DNA of 64,000 nucleotides from assembly GCA_965113315.1 (NCBI GenBank), contig OZ220370.1, one strand, 5' to 3'. This DNA is from Podarcis vaucheri (taxonomy: Eukaryota). Positions 51,863-64,000 of the stretch are shown here, piece by piece. A program made the translations under genes and the position numbers. The notes beneath the pieces are model-generated. The model saw nothing but the letters and a program-made list of their open reading frames with translations, ran no database searches and was not told the DNA's origin. Position 1 is the first letter of the stretch, and each line of letters starts with the position of its first letter.

Positions 51863-54800
51863 GCTAGATTGCACAAAATTGAAGGGGAAAGGAAACAACT
51901 GCACCCCAATAGTGAAGGTTGCTATTAAGCAAAACTTTGTGGGCGAGGAACACAATTGCATAGAAATAGAATAAAATGCTCTCAGCCACCATTCAAAATT
52001 TAATAGTAACATTATTTGGGAATACCATTCAATGCTTCCCATGTTACATGCTGCATTTGCCACATCTACACTACGTATTTCAAAACCGGTTTACCCATCA
52101 GGGCTTTCCCCCAAAGAACTCTGTGAAGATACCCAAAGCAGTCCATGTCCCTTTATACAGCAATAGTTCAGGGCTCATTGGGTGGAAGCCATGACGGTTA
52201 AAACAAGTTGACATTTAGAGTATAGACATAAATATCACTTGTGAAACAGTAATGTGCTTAAGTTATATTTAGGGGACTTCTCTATCTGCCCACCCCACCC
52301 CCATTAATAATTTTTACACCCCCACCCCTACCCCAGCTAAGCTAAGAGTACTGTATCTGGGAAGGAAGTAGTGGTCCCTTCACAGGACAGGCCTGCATCC
52401 AGATAACATTTTGACTCCACTTGATGGGAGACAGGAAGGCCCCGTTATTAAGGCAAGTGCCCAGTCCAGGATATCTGAAAAAGAATTCACAAGTGAGACA
52501 GAAGTCTTCAATTTCAGAAAAAAACACTTGCATGACTCTAAAGCTCCTTAACAATATGCCTCCCTATACTTCTTTGCAACTATCATCAGCAACCAGCATT
52601 TATTACTTACTTCAGTGAAAAAGATCAGTTAAAAAAAAAAAAATGATTGTCAGAATTGATTTCATCCAAATTAGTGCAAAAAGGGCAGGGAAATGTTTTC
52701 TAGTTTTAGAACTGCTTTCTTCAGTTACTCATCAGGATAGAGGGCAAGGTTTATATTGTTTATTTTACAATAATCTTTATCCTGCTCTTCAGCCAAAAAA
52801 TGCCCCAGACCAGTTTACAGAGCAATACAAAACAATAGAGTCACCACCCTCAGGGTTATAATTTAAAAAGACAAGACAATGGAGAAATGGTTCAGGAGGA
52901 ATGAAGAAGTAAGACGATTTGGTTCAAGTTCTTAGTGTCAAGTTCTCTTAACAAACAGCTGGGGTAGAAAAATTCTAAGAGAGGCAGTCACTGGCCTCTC
53001 AGTTGCAGTGATGAAGCGAGAGGCCCTTTCCTGCTACCGCTTGATGTAATGGCTGCCACCAGGTTGCAATGGTAAGAAAGAGGAACATGGTTTCTCAGCT
53101 TAATAGATTTTTAATTCTATGAAATATTTTGCTTTATTTCACAGTACTACATTTTGCATTCCTTATGCTATATGCCCTAAACGGCATGGTATTCATTAAC
53201 TCACCAAAGCAGCTAACTATGGGCCTCCCAATTTCAATAGAGTTTCAGTGAATAAAGAGGGAAGCGTTATACTAAGGAAGTGTGTGTTCTGTCTCAATAA
53301 GCGCATTCCTTGCACAGGTTATTTGCAGAAGACAAGCTGACACTAGTGTTTAACTTGAGTAATGCTCCTTTGTTTTTTTATTTTAAAAAACATTGTACCA
53401 CTTTTACTGCTGCAATTCTGAAGGGGCACGTGTGTATGTTCTAGCAGTGAATTTTATAGCGAATGCTTAGTTTATTTTACAACAGTATAAAGACCTGCAT
53501 TTTCATGGCAATGAAAATAAAGGCATAACCTTCAAAAACCAGCCAGGTGAATGTTCAAATAAGTCAAAAAAACAACAACAACAAAGGCATAGTAGATAAG
53601 TTGATGAAGCCCATGGAACTTGACCAAAATGGATCTGGAGCACATCCTGGCATAGTGATCTAAAAAAGACTGATCTACGAGTCCCCAGGTAATGGGATTG
53701 CCTCAGTCAGGAACCCAAGAGATGGCTTTAGCCAAGCCACACTCTCAGCCTCCACTTGCCATATGGGTACAATAGTTACCTACCTTACAGTACTGTTTTA
53801 GCGATGACAGCAGGGTATGCTATGTGAAAGCACTTTTCGCTAGCATCATCATCTCATTATTACGGAACTCATGTAGGACCTACAACAAAGTGTTGTTGTG
53901 TGGAATACTCCTGTTCAGGGTTCCAGCCAGACATGCCCAGGATTTCCCAGGATACGCCAATTTCACCACCATCCTGGTTTTCCATTTCCCTTCCTTCAAC
54001 TGTCAGCCAGAGTTCTGTGGTCACTGATATTCCCAGTTTTCACTGGGCAGTTCTTGGCATTTGCCCCTCTTAGGGCTCCCCCCCCCAAACCATTCTGCAA
54101 ACATTGGGGTTTCTTTTCCCTGCCTCCCATCTGCTCCCAGGCATGCTGAATCTTCCCTCTTGCACGCTGATGGTGCTATTTTGGCTAGATAAGGATCAGT
54201 ACTCCGATAATTGAGTTCACTATTAATGTATAGAACGTACAGAAGAGAACATGCCCAAGAGTCAGGAACTTTAAATGAAAATTCCAGTCTGATCTACTAG
54301 TCTCATAAAAGCCATATTTACAGTTTACATCCAGTTTCACTATGCTATACCAATGGCTTGCATGCCTTAAATAACATGCTTAGTACAAGCTGCATATGGT
54401 TCGTATCAAATGGCAAATATTCTTTTCTGCTTCAGATCATGTACTCTTTCAACATTAGTTATGTATTGTCAACAATGAAAAATTCCAAGAGTTTGAGCAT
54501 GCCAATTATCTCAAGCAACCGATAGCAAATGCCTAAGTTTAGCACCAGGGACACAGAAACACAAGCAACAAGACACATTCTTTGCACATGAAGCTGGCTT
54601 TAGCTCTCGGTACTTCTCATATTCAAGGCTAAATTTTACAGGACAGTATGTTTAAATTTGAATGATTCTGTGGTGCAGCTATATGGAGCTAGTTAAGCAT
54701 CTACAAGGTACACCCCATTACATATCATGGAGATCTCTGCCTGTACTAAACTAAAATGGTCACTGCCTGTACTTGGGCTAATGAACGTTATTTACATGTC

Positions 54801-57218
54801 TGGCTCACTGATAAGCCCCCAAGTTAGCCTTTGTATATTTGGGGCTTTTAAAACATTGTTACAAGGTATCATTGTGGAAGTTTAAATATTTTTGCTATTT
54901 GAAATCAGCACCCTAGAGTCATTAGCAACTTTTCTTACCCCTTCTCAATGCTGACACCAACGCTGAACCAGGATTATGCCAGTGTCAATGTGATTATGAC
55001 AGAGTAACACGGTCAGAATTGCCCCTTCGATTACACTTCAAAATGAACTTCCACTGAGGAAAACTGAGCAGCCAGTTTCTTGTTCCGTTTTAAAAATGAA
55101 ATGGCACAGTAACAAACACACAGACAAAAAGACACTACTAGGCCTGTGCATGTGTTTAGTTATTCCCCCCCATCCTTGTTTCAGAACTGCACATAATGTA
55201 AGCCTACGCATGAGAACCCATAAGTGAATGTGAAAGATGAAATGACAACTCGTTCCCAAGACTAACTGGTTTGCTACGTTCTTAGCAGAGAAGTCACATG
55301 CCTCATGCAAAACATGTCCAATTCCAAACTTTAGTAGAATGTCTTTTTTGTATGTAATACAAACATCACTGCGGTTCTAGAATCATGACAGATATTTATT
55401 TACAATTTTTACCATAAAAGTATGTTCACCTTAGTGTTGTATCAAAGCTACATTTAAAATTAAACATGCATTTCCTCCCCTTTGTGTATATATATATATA
55501 TATATTTAGTTATAAATGCAAACATAAAACACTCAGAGAAACCATGGTAAAACATTGCCCACATAAATGTATGTTACAACAGTAGTCACGGTATGACAAG
55601 AAAAGAAAACAGTACAAGAATCCCAAGACAACTGAACAGCTTCATCCCCTGAGGAAGTTTGCTCCAAGGCAAAATTTAGATTGGTTTTCCCACAGAGCTC
55701 TGAGAATCTGCATCAATATACAGTATTTGCAGACACCAATTCCCTAAATAGTGCCAGATGACAGGTCAGATATTGCAATATAGTTCAGAAAGGGATGTGA
55801 GCTGGAAAGTTAAAAACGAATACGCCCTAGCTGCATTTTTAAAACCCTACCAAAAAGTCCATAAAAAAAGCAAAAGACATAATTATTGCTGAATAAGGGT
55901 ATGGGGGCAAAATTATAGAGAAGTTTTTTTTTAAAAAAGTGACCAAAAAGCCTAATGAGAGACATCTGTAGTGGAAAGAAGAGAAATGCCAGGGGACTGA
56001 GGAACAAATAAGAGCTTGGCGGCTCTTGTCACCTCTTGTTTACCATTTTGGCAATAGAGTTTTACAACAAGCATTGTGGAAAGCTGCCAAATTGCAGATT
56101 GTTTCCTATAGTTAGAGCTGCTTTGAGCTTATCTTTGCTGCCTAGCAAAAAATTATTTGATAAAGAACCCTAATCCTTCCTTTCTCCATGGAATGAACAC
56201 TGTGCAAACTGCATTAACAGAACTATCTTATCTAACGTGAGAAGGGGCATGGGAGATGAAGTGGGGAGTGCTGGTTATCATTTATTAAACAGAGTCAATC
56301 TGGGGTGTGTGTGTGGAATTTTGACTGCTTATTCGTTTAAATTTCATTGTGCCTAAAAATTCTGAAATATTTCTACAGTCCTACAACAATTGTGAGTGAA
56401 GACATGACAGGTTTCATTCTGCACACAAGCCATGGTGCCATTTGCGGTGATCAGAATGCATTAAATTGAGCCAAGAGGCAAGCATGGAAATGTTGATACA
56501 TATGAGAGTGAAACGTATTTAAACAGAACTCTCTCTCTTGAATTTGTCTTCAGCAAATAAAATAAGGTCACCATCTTTATGCCAAGCAACTAGTGATAGT
56601 GAAACAGTGGAAGTAAAAAATAAATGTGCACATATTAAATTCTCTCTGCATTGAAACCTGAGAAATAAGGTGCAGTATTTATTACATGTCACAGGGGATC
56701 TATTGTCCTCCTTTTACATGTAAAAAAGTTAAGAACAGATGAAGCAGAAGATGTGTGACATTTGTCTTCAATATGACCTCTTGCTTTTGATGTTTTTTGT
56801 TTGCAAAAACATATTGAAATATCTGGCCAATACTAGCATTGAATGAATGATAATGCAAAGGCGATCAAGTAACTGGAAACTTTTTTTAAAAGGCAGTAAG
56901 AGACCCACATTAAAAAAACATGAAGAAACAAGAGACCAGTATTGATGTCAGTGAGACAAATTTAAATGAGCCAGAAACATGCATTGTTAAGAATTCATGT
57001 ATTTCATTTGCAACATGGTGTAGTCACATCAATGTACCTCACTTTTTAAAAAAATGTTAACAGCAAAAAAGATGATCTCATATTAATGAACTTCTGTTCC
57101 ACCAGTGTTCAAGGGGAAAGGCAGAAGTATCCCCAAGTATCTTTTGTAGATACCACATTTGGGGTTTTTTTTCTAGCACAGCAGTAAAGGTTGCAGCCTC
57201 TCTAGACAAAAATCCTAC

Positions 57219-57375
57219 CTGTGTTTTTTGATGCCATTTGACAGAGTCTCTCCAGTTTTACAGATCTTTTCTCCAGACATGTCAGACGTTATAGTGTCAC
57301 TAGAATCCACGCTGTCTTCTAATGAGTAAGTTGTCACAGTTTCAAATCCACTCAATGATTTTTCAGATTCTGAAT
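57219..57375 (-). CDS. OSBPL1A: OSBPL1A coding exon containing the putative ORP1S start Met (ATG at 57280)
   Basis: (D)SESEKSLSGFETVTTYSLEDSVDSSDTITSDMSGEKICKTGETLSNGIKKH(R) |gtagga. Confidence 0.92.
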
Positions 57376-58256
57376 CTGTAAGACAGATGAACGCCAAATG
57401 AGACACACTTCAGGCTAGCCTTTCGCAGGCTAATGGACACCTCCTTTGCACAGCGTAATGAAACTTAAGTAGCCTATGGTGTACTGATGACAGCATTTGT
57501 CCAGTGAAAACTTAGTACAAGTAGAGACTGAGTCTCTGAAAGAACATGGGTGAGCAAATTGTTCAGCACCAAGGATTATACAAAGATGGGAATGTGAGCA
57601 GGGACAGACAAGTACAGGGTACCAGCAAAACATCTTACCAACTCCTAAACTTAGGCCCGCTACAGGTGCGATATTAGCCTATCCTTTAACCATTCTTATT
57701 GGAATCAGGGTTAAGATACGAGTTCCTACACAACTCTTTGTTTCATAGTTTTAATATGAGAATCCAGCCTTTTCCTCTAGGTGTGTCCTGTGCTACTAGT
57801 TAAATTTAACACCAGGTATTCACCTGAGTTAATTTTTTTTTTAATGTACATCAAGATTTTTTAAACTAATATGCCCCAACAATAAAGGATAAAAACATAG
57901 TGAAACACAGCTGGACACATTAAAGCAAATATACTCACCAGCAAGTCCAACCCAATGAGGAAAGGAAAACATTTTTTCTTACCAACTATGGTAAACATGG
58001 TAAATGAGCACAACGTGCATTTGCATTGGTTACACACATAACAATCCTTTGAAATACACTCAACAAGGACCAGCATTTCTCTGAATCATACCCATCTGGC
58101 AGATGCCCAGGATTTCTGTTATCAGCTGCATCTACACATTACTACAAGTTCCATGACCTTCCTTCATCCAAATGCGTAGCAAAGCCAACTAGGCAATGCT
58201 ATTCAGGGCCAGTGGAACTCTATTTTTAAATGTGGAGTACAAAATCTCACCAACTC

Positions 58257-58308
58257 TGTGTGTGTGTGTATTTGTGTGTGTGTGTACACACACACACACA
58301 CACACACA
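58257..58308. repeat. (TG)n-(CA)n head-to-head microsatellite
   Basis: Direct reading. Confidence 0.9.
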
Positions 58309-61055
58309 TTCAGATTTGCATCTGCTATTTTAAACACACTCATTTGTATTTTTACCAGGCATAGGGAGAAGGAGGTGCTATCTGAAGAGTTTAGAACCCA
58401 CCACCAACAATCCTAGGCTTCATAGAACATCTTTTCCCCAGAGGGTGTTTTTTTCTTCCAGTGTCTGGCAAAACCCAGTTTAGTCACTTACTTTCTATCC
58501 CAGCTATAAACACAGAAAAGGAACTGAGGACAGCACACAGACCTTTTGCATAAATGTTTACAGTTTGTGCTATAAACAAATCTGATCAAAGCAAACACTA
58601 TATTTGCATAGATGGCAATGCAAAATTTCAAGAGCTGGAATATATTGGCTGTTTTTTTATGTATGGATATTAACAGTCCAAGACACTTGGAGACATGGAA
58701 GTCAGGATGGAAGCAGATTCTTCAGATCATGAAACTGGCTCATAACCTTCCCTTTGCAGTCAGTTATTCCTAGTGTTAGATACAAAATGTACAGGAGAGT
58801 TCTCTTACTACATTTTAATACTTATGTGGTGCAGATATTAGCTAGCTACGTGTCCACTAGGCAAGTCCTATTATACCAAACATGCAGACTTTTTTTTTTT
58901 AGGCAACTAGCTGCTGAGCAAGCTGTTCTGTAAGGCACAAGTGAAGCTTTACAGGTTAATTATGGTGCACAGGAAACCATTCAGGTAATACGAGAGACCT
59001 TAGGGTTGCATAATTCCTGATCTCCTCACAGACATCCCAAGTTGACAGGGAGCTTTACTTTTCAAAAGAGTTTGCTATCGTGGATATAAGATTGTAAACA
59101 GACTCTTCCTATCCACTTACAGAAGGACAGCATAACAAGGCAAACATATTAATTTAGGTAAGTCCGTAAAACAAGGGATTTGTATGGTTCCAGGTGACCT
59201 GCCAATTGTAAAGTCTTACATCAGTTAATTAAAACTGCAGCTTACAAGGCCCATAATACACAGTTTCAAGTGAAAAGAAATAGCCTACATTTCTCCCCTC
59301 TCTTAAGAGCCAAGCTTATTTTTTTTTAAAAAAAAAAAATGGCTTTATCTGCCCAAGATGATTGTTTTCTTGTGAATTTTCAATCCCTTTCATACAAGGG
59401 AACTGTCCTTATTCCCACCCAGTTATTTTCTTTGGTTCAAGCAACTGTAATATCCCTCAATAATAGCATTTCAGTAATCGACAACTTGGTGCAGTATTCA
59501 AATTTGATCATGTTATCAAACTTCACAAATGAGAAATTACATTCCCTTGAAACAGCAGCACTAAGATGGAGTCCAACCCCCCCCCCCCGAAAGGGAGGCA
59601 CAAAGCATATCAGACCTGAGGAGCTTTAGATGTTCTGTTAGGATACAAGTGCACAAATCCTGGCTTAGACTTTTATATTAACATCTGTATGTATTCTAAC
59701 AACCCAGCCAGATGGGCAGGGTATAAATAACAATAATAACCTATATCCCAGACAACCCTGTTCTTCCAACAGAATGCTTTCCTTAAGTTCTGATAGATTT
59801 TACCTTCTGGCACAGTCACTAAATTTGTCTATGTTATATTTTTACATATCAGAAGACACTTATGATATGCATGCACACATTAGGAGCAGCTGTGTTGTCT
59901 TTCAGGTTCCGTGAAAGGCCTTTGATAAATAATTTTCACAAGACAATTTAATGCTGAGAAACAATCATCAACAAGACAAATGGCTACTAGGCAGACCATA
60001 GCCTCCTGCTTAACGACATTTTCTCACTGCCTGTAGAGAAGTAACACATAGAAGGTTCTTAAGCAAGCTAGCCAAACCACGCATTCTCTCCAGCATTTCT
60101 TGACCTTGGTGAGGGGTTTTGCTGGTGGCAAAACCTCTCAAATCCTTTGGTAGCTTAATAAAGTTTACAAAAGGGCAACTGCATTCAGTTTCATTTATGC
60201 CTTCCACTCAATTGATCAGCATGCAGATTCCAACCCACACGGCACCCCTCATTCTCAGAGAACAGGCTTTTTCCTTCAGTCATTATCCAAAAATAGGAAT
60301 CAAACAAAGAGGTCTGGTTCTTATTTTCTGCAGAGGACACATTATACATGGCCAAGACAACTACTTGTCCATTCTAAGATGACCCTGAAATCCTAGCCAG
60401 CTGAATGGTTTCAGTAGCAGAAACCTATTTGAACACATAGTTTATTACAGCGCATTTCTCCTCACAACAGTGCAATTCAATTTAATCTAATGCATTTTGG
60501 TCAGGCAAGCTAGAAATTGTGTGTATTATGTTTTAATCTGTTTTTAAACACTGAACATGGGTTTTTAAACTGTTACTTCTCCTGAGCCTGCACCAACCAC
60601 ATTTCTGTTACTGAATCATGATCTAAATTCCTTTTTCATGAGCTTGTCCTTGTCTGTAGATGGAAAGGCAAGAGACAGATGGCAAAAAGCAGCCAGGCTA
60701 GGAGTGACCATGGCTCTTATAAAAATTGAGCTCTATTGTATATAAACCAAGATTTACATACCTACTACTTATAGAGTAAACAATTCATTACTCCAAATCC
60801 AGTTACAGCTGTTCGCACCCAAATCTTGCTACTTTTGCCCCTTTCAACACATTCTTCCTAGCCAGAGTCAAAATTTATACTGCAAACTACTTGTGACAGG
60901 ATAGTCCTTTTCTTCTGTTCATTACTCTGAGAAGTCAAGGTATGTATATATCCATATGTTTATATATAAACACACAAATACACGCACACCCTTGACCCTG
61001 GTCTTTTAAAGAAAAAAAAACCCTAACATTTTAGTTTTCTATGTCACACACTTAC

Positions 61056-61218
61056 CTGAAACAGCATCATAGAACTGTTCCTCACTAAAGATGCTCAGAG
61101 GTGGTGACCCTTTGACCAGTGACTGCTCTAATTCATGGTGTTCAGTAGCTAGTGTTTCTAGAGCTTCAGATAAGATCTTGTTTTTCTCTTGCTCATGCTC
61201 CAGTTTCAGATTCCTCAC
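61056..61218 (-). CDS. OSBPL1A: OSBPL1A coding exon with coiled coil and FFAT motif (gene continues beyond window end)
   Basis: VRNLKLEHEQEKNKILSEALETLATEHHELEQSLVKGSPPLSIFSEEQFYDAVS(D) |gtaagt. Confidence 0.95.
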
Positions 61219-62266
61219 CTATAAGTAGAAACATGTATGAATAAAATCTCATCTCTCCCAAGAACGTGAAACTCAAGGCTATTTCAAGAATAGGCTCCAG
61301 TTTGCTAACTAAACCATGTCAACAAGCTCAGAGAAGTGGATTAAGATGACCAGGGAACTTCTGCACTTGCAATGAAGTTTTGTCTCACCATTTTAATGTG
61401 TCACAGAATAGGAAAGCTTACAAAAAGAATTTGTCTAAGCAAAAATTGGCAACTAAAACTGAAGGCGCTATGAAAAGCAAAGTAAGTTTCCTACTAATCA
61501 GTTAATGCAACTTTTGTATAATTCATGGAACTGCTAGTATTAGCTTGGGGGTAACAGGCTCTTCTAAGTCTATGATTCTATGAAGTTCAGTTAGTCCTGA
61601 ATGCAGCTCCTTAGCTATTGGCAACTCTAGGTATATTATGTCATTATTACTGAGCTCCACTGACAGGCAGTTTCTTTCCCGGTTTTATTTAACATATTGG
61701 TACTGACTTTTAAACCCAAAAATGATTGGCCTAGGATCCCTCAGAAAGCCTTCTGGCATTATCAGTCTTCTAATACATTGTGGTCTATAGTGGTGGCTCT
61801 GTTTCAAATTCCTTTACAATGATTTATTTACAATGCTATATTTCTACACTGCCTTTCATCAGGATTCCAAGGAGGTTTGCATTATTCACATTAAACAAAA
61901 ATAAATTTTACAACAGTGACAAAACCAATTACCATAAAAGCACTGTTTTTTCTGCAGCAGCACAGTATGTCAACAATAGCTGGTGTCACCCACCAACCTA
62001 CCGTAATTTACCCCAAGGCCTAGGTGAAAAGATGGGTGTTAAAGACAACAGTGAAACTCCACTAACAAAGGCACTCTATGCACCTCCAAGAGGAGGGAGG
62101 GAGTTCTATAAACAGAGTGCCACTACAGAGAAGGCCCTGCAGATTCAAATTAGAACGTTCATAAATCAGGCCATTCTTTGCAGCAGTGTTTTCCTTGAGT
62201 GTTCTACAAGACAGGCTCACCGTATGAAGTCTATTGTGGAATTAAAGGAAAATTGACGGTAGGTAC

Positions 62267-62268
62267 AT

Positions 62269-62316
<48 letters not shown>

Positions 62317-62620
62317 TGTGTATACCACCCTTCATCTGAAGATCACAGGGCAGTTCACAACATAAAAACACAAAATACATAGTAAAACCGAAGCAAAATA
62401 AACCAATAACACCCTCTTCCACAGACACATTTAAAAGGTCACAGAATGTTAATCAGCAAAACGCCTGGTTAAAGAGAAAGGCTTTCATCTGGCGCCTAAT
62501 ATATGTAATGAAAGCACCAGGCAAGCATCATTGAGGAGACCATTCCACAAAAGAGGTGTCACCTCAGAAAAGGCCTGTTTCCATGTTGCCACCCTCCATA
62601 TCCCTCTTTCTGTCCCTAAT
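62267..62620 (-). mobile_element. L2-type LINE 3' end with (TAAA)n tail; microsatellite about 62267-62315
   Basis: Minus-strand QAFSEVTPLLWNGLLNDACLVLSL resembles the L2 RAFSxxAPxLWNSLP motif. Confidence 0.7.
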
Positions 62621-63548
62621 ATATTGTAAGAACAGCTGTATGAGCAGAATGGCAGGATTGTGCCCATCATACAGGCCAAGTCTGATTTATTTGAAGGTCT
62701 ATATTTCTGTATACGCTACTTCACATGTTTCATATCTACAGCAGCGAACTAGAGATGTATGTGCAATACTGATGAAACTTAGTATGAGAAGTTAAAGAAG
62801 CTACAGCTTTGAACATGAGGCTGAAACTGGGGAGGCAATGCGCAATTTAATATTGTCCTCCACCCAAATAAACTTCCATGACTGAAAGACTGCTCATAGT
62901 CATTACAGAGTCATTTAAGTGAATTAACCCTTAAAATTATAGTTTTCTATTTAACATTGTGTCTTTAAGGGCAGCTAAAAGTATTATTGTTTATGCTGAA
63001 GTAACTTGAACCACCAGTACCAATATGTCTCACGAAATTGGTACTGGTGCACATAAAATATGGGTTGTACCAAATGACAGCTCCCAGTACCACCTCCTAT
63101 GGTTGTTCCAAAGAGGTTCCCTAATTCTCTGGAACATATTTTGGAGGGGTGTAGAAGGAAAGTGAAGTCATCACAGAGAGAAAGGGGGAAAGTACATCTC
63201 CCCCTCTGTCTGTGTTAATGGAAGCCTTCTCTGGAGCAAAGGGCCTTCTGTAAGGAGAGGAATACTACCCTGTAATTGTATGGTTTTTTGCCAACTTTAA
63301 ACAGAGGACCTTGATCTATCACCACGTTGTTTCAAGTATCAACATAACCAATTAATTGATTAACTTGGCACTGAAAAAAAAGGGGCGCTTTAGATCCCCA
63401 AATATCACTTATTTTCCCACATGGTCATATGCTTGGGTCCACAACTTACTGTGCAGAGAAAGTATGTTTTTTTTCCTGTTTGTAGTGCACACTTTGGTCA
63501 AAAATGGTAAGGGAAAAGAACTGACCCAGGGAATGTGTGTATATATCT

Positions 63549-63575
63549 ATAGATAGATAGATAGATAGATAGATA
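63549..63575. repeat. (GATA)n microsatellite
   Basis: Direct reading. Confidence 0.9.
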
Positions 63576-64000
63576 TTCAGAACAAGATTTAATTAAGAAT
63601 TACCATGTACCCCGGAAGAGTTACAAAATCTTGGTTCAAATTTCTATGTCAAATAGTAACAAACTGGAGCAAATTCCACTGCCTTACATTATAATTTGCA
63701 TTCTGCACTTTATCTTATCGCCATCTGGACTGAAGGAGGCAGGAACAGCAACATTCTGGATCTCATGAATTTGGATGTAAGGATTGTGAGTATGCTCTTG
63801 GCAGCAGGTCTTTTTAAAGATCCAGTTAAAAGATCTCAAGTAACAGGATTAGAAAACACATTACGTAGCTTGAAAGACTGGAGAGCTGCTGCCAGCCAGA
63901 GCACACAATCACCTGGGCTCCAGGCTATTCACTGAATGATCCACTCAACAGCTGAAAACTACATATTCACTTGCAGAGCTAGGGACATTGAGAAGCATGG

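Noticed and set aside
61780-62256. 158-aa + strand ORF
   Set aside because: No ATG start, antisense to an OSBPL1A intron, overlaps degenerate L2-like sequence, and no recognisable domain.

Overview
Vertebrate genomic DNA. The Sauria SINEs, BovB/RTE and L2 repeats point to a squamate, probably a lacertid lizard (inference). The window holds three spliced protein-coding genes in the same order and orientation as the mammalian locus: the last 8 coding exons of TTC39C (+, 94-9721), a complete CABYR coding region (+, ATG 17962, stop 24183, CpG-island promoter at about 16.35-16.96 kb), and the last 13 coding exons of OSBPL1A/ORP1L (-, 61218 down to stop at 31760). I built all exon boundaries by hand and checked their phases. 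The rest is intron, UTR and intergenic DNA with SINEs, LINE fragments, MITEs and microsatellites. There is no prokaryote-type system such as CRISPR or an operon. Main oddities: (1) CABYR can splice its acidic CR-A region in frame to CR-B as one 678-aa ORF with no intervening stop, while keeping the mammalian-type internal donor that gives a 380-aa isoform; (2) a TTC39C intron begins GG rather than GT; (3) a young Sauria SINE sits 14 nt from an OSBPL1A donor and its antisense tail adds three cryptic donors; (4) a coding minisatellite in CABYR; (5) a Tc2-like MITE filled with alternating hairpins; (6) a hAT MITE carrying TTAGGG repeats. Gene identities come from my recall of the human protein sequences, not from a database search.
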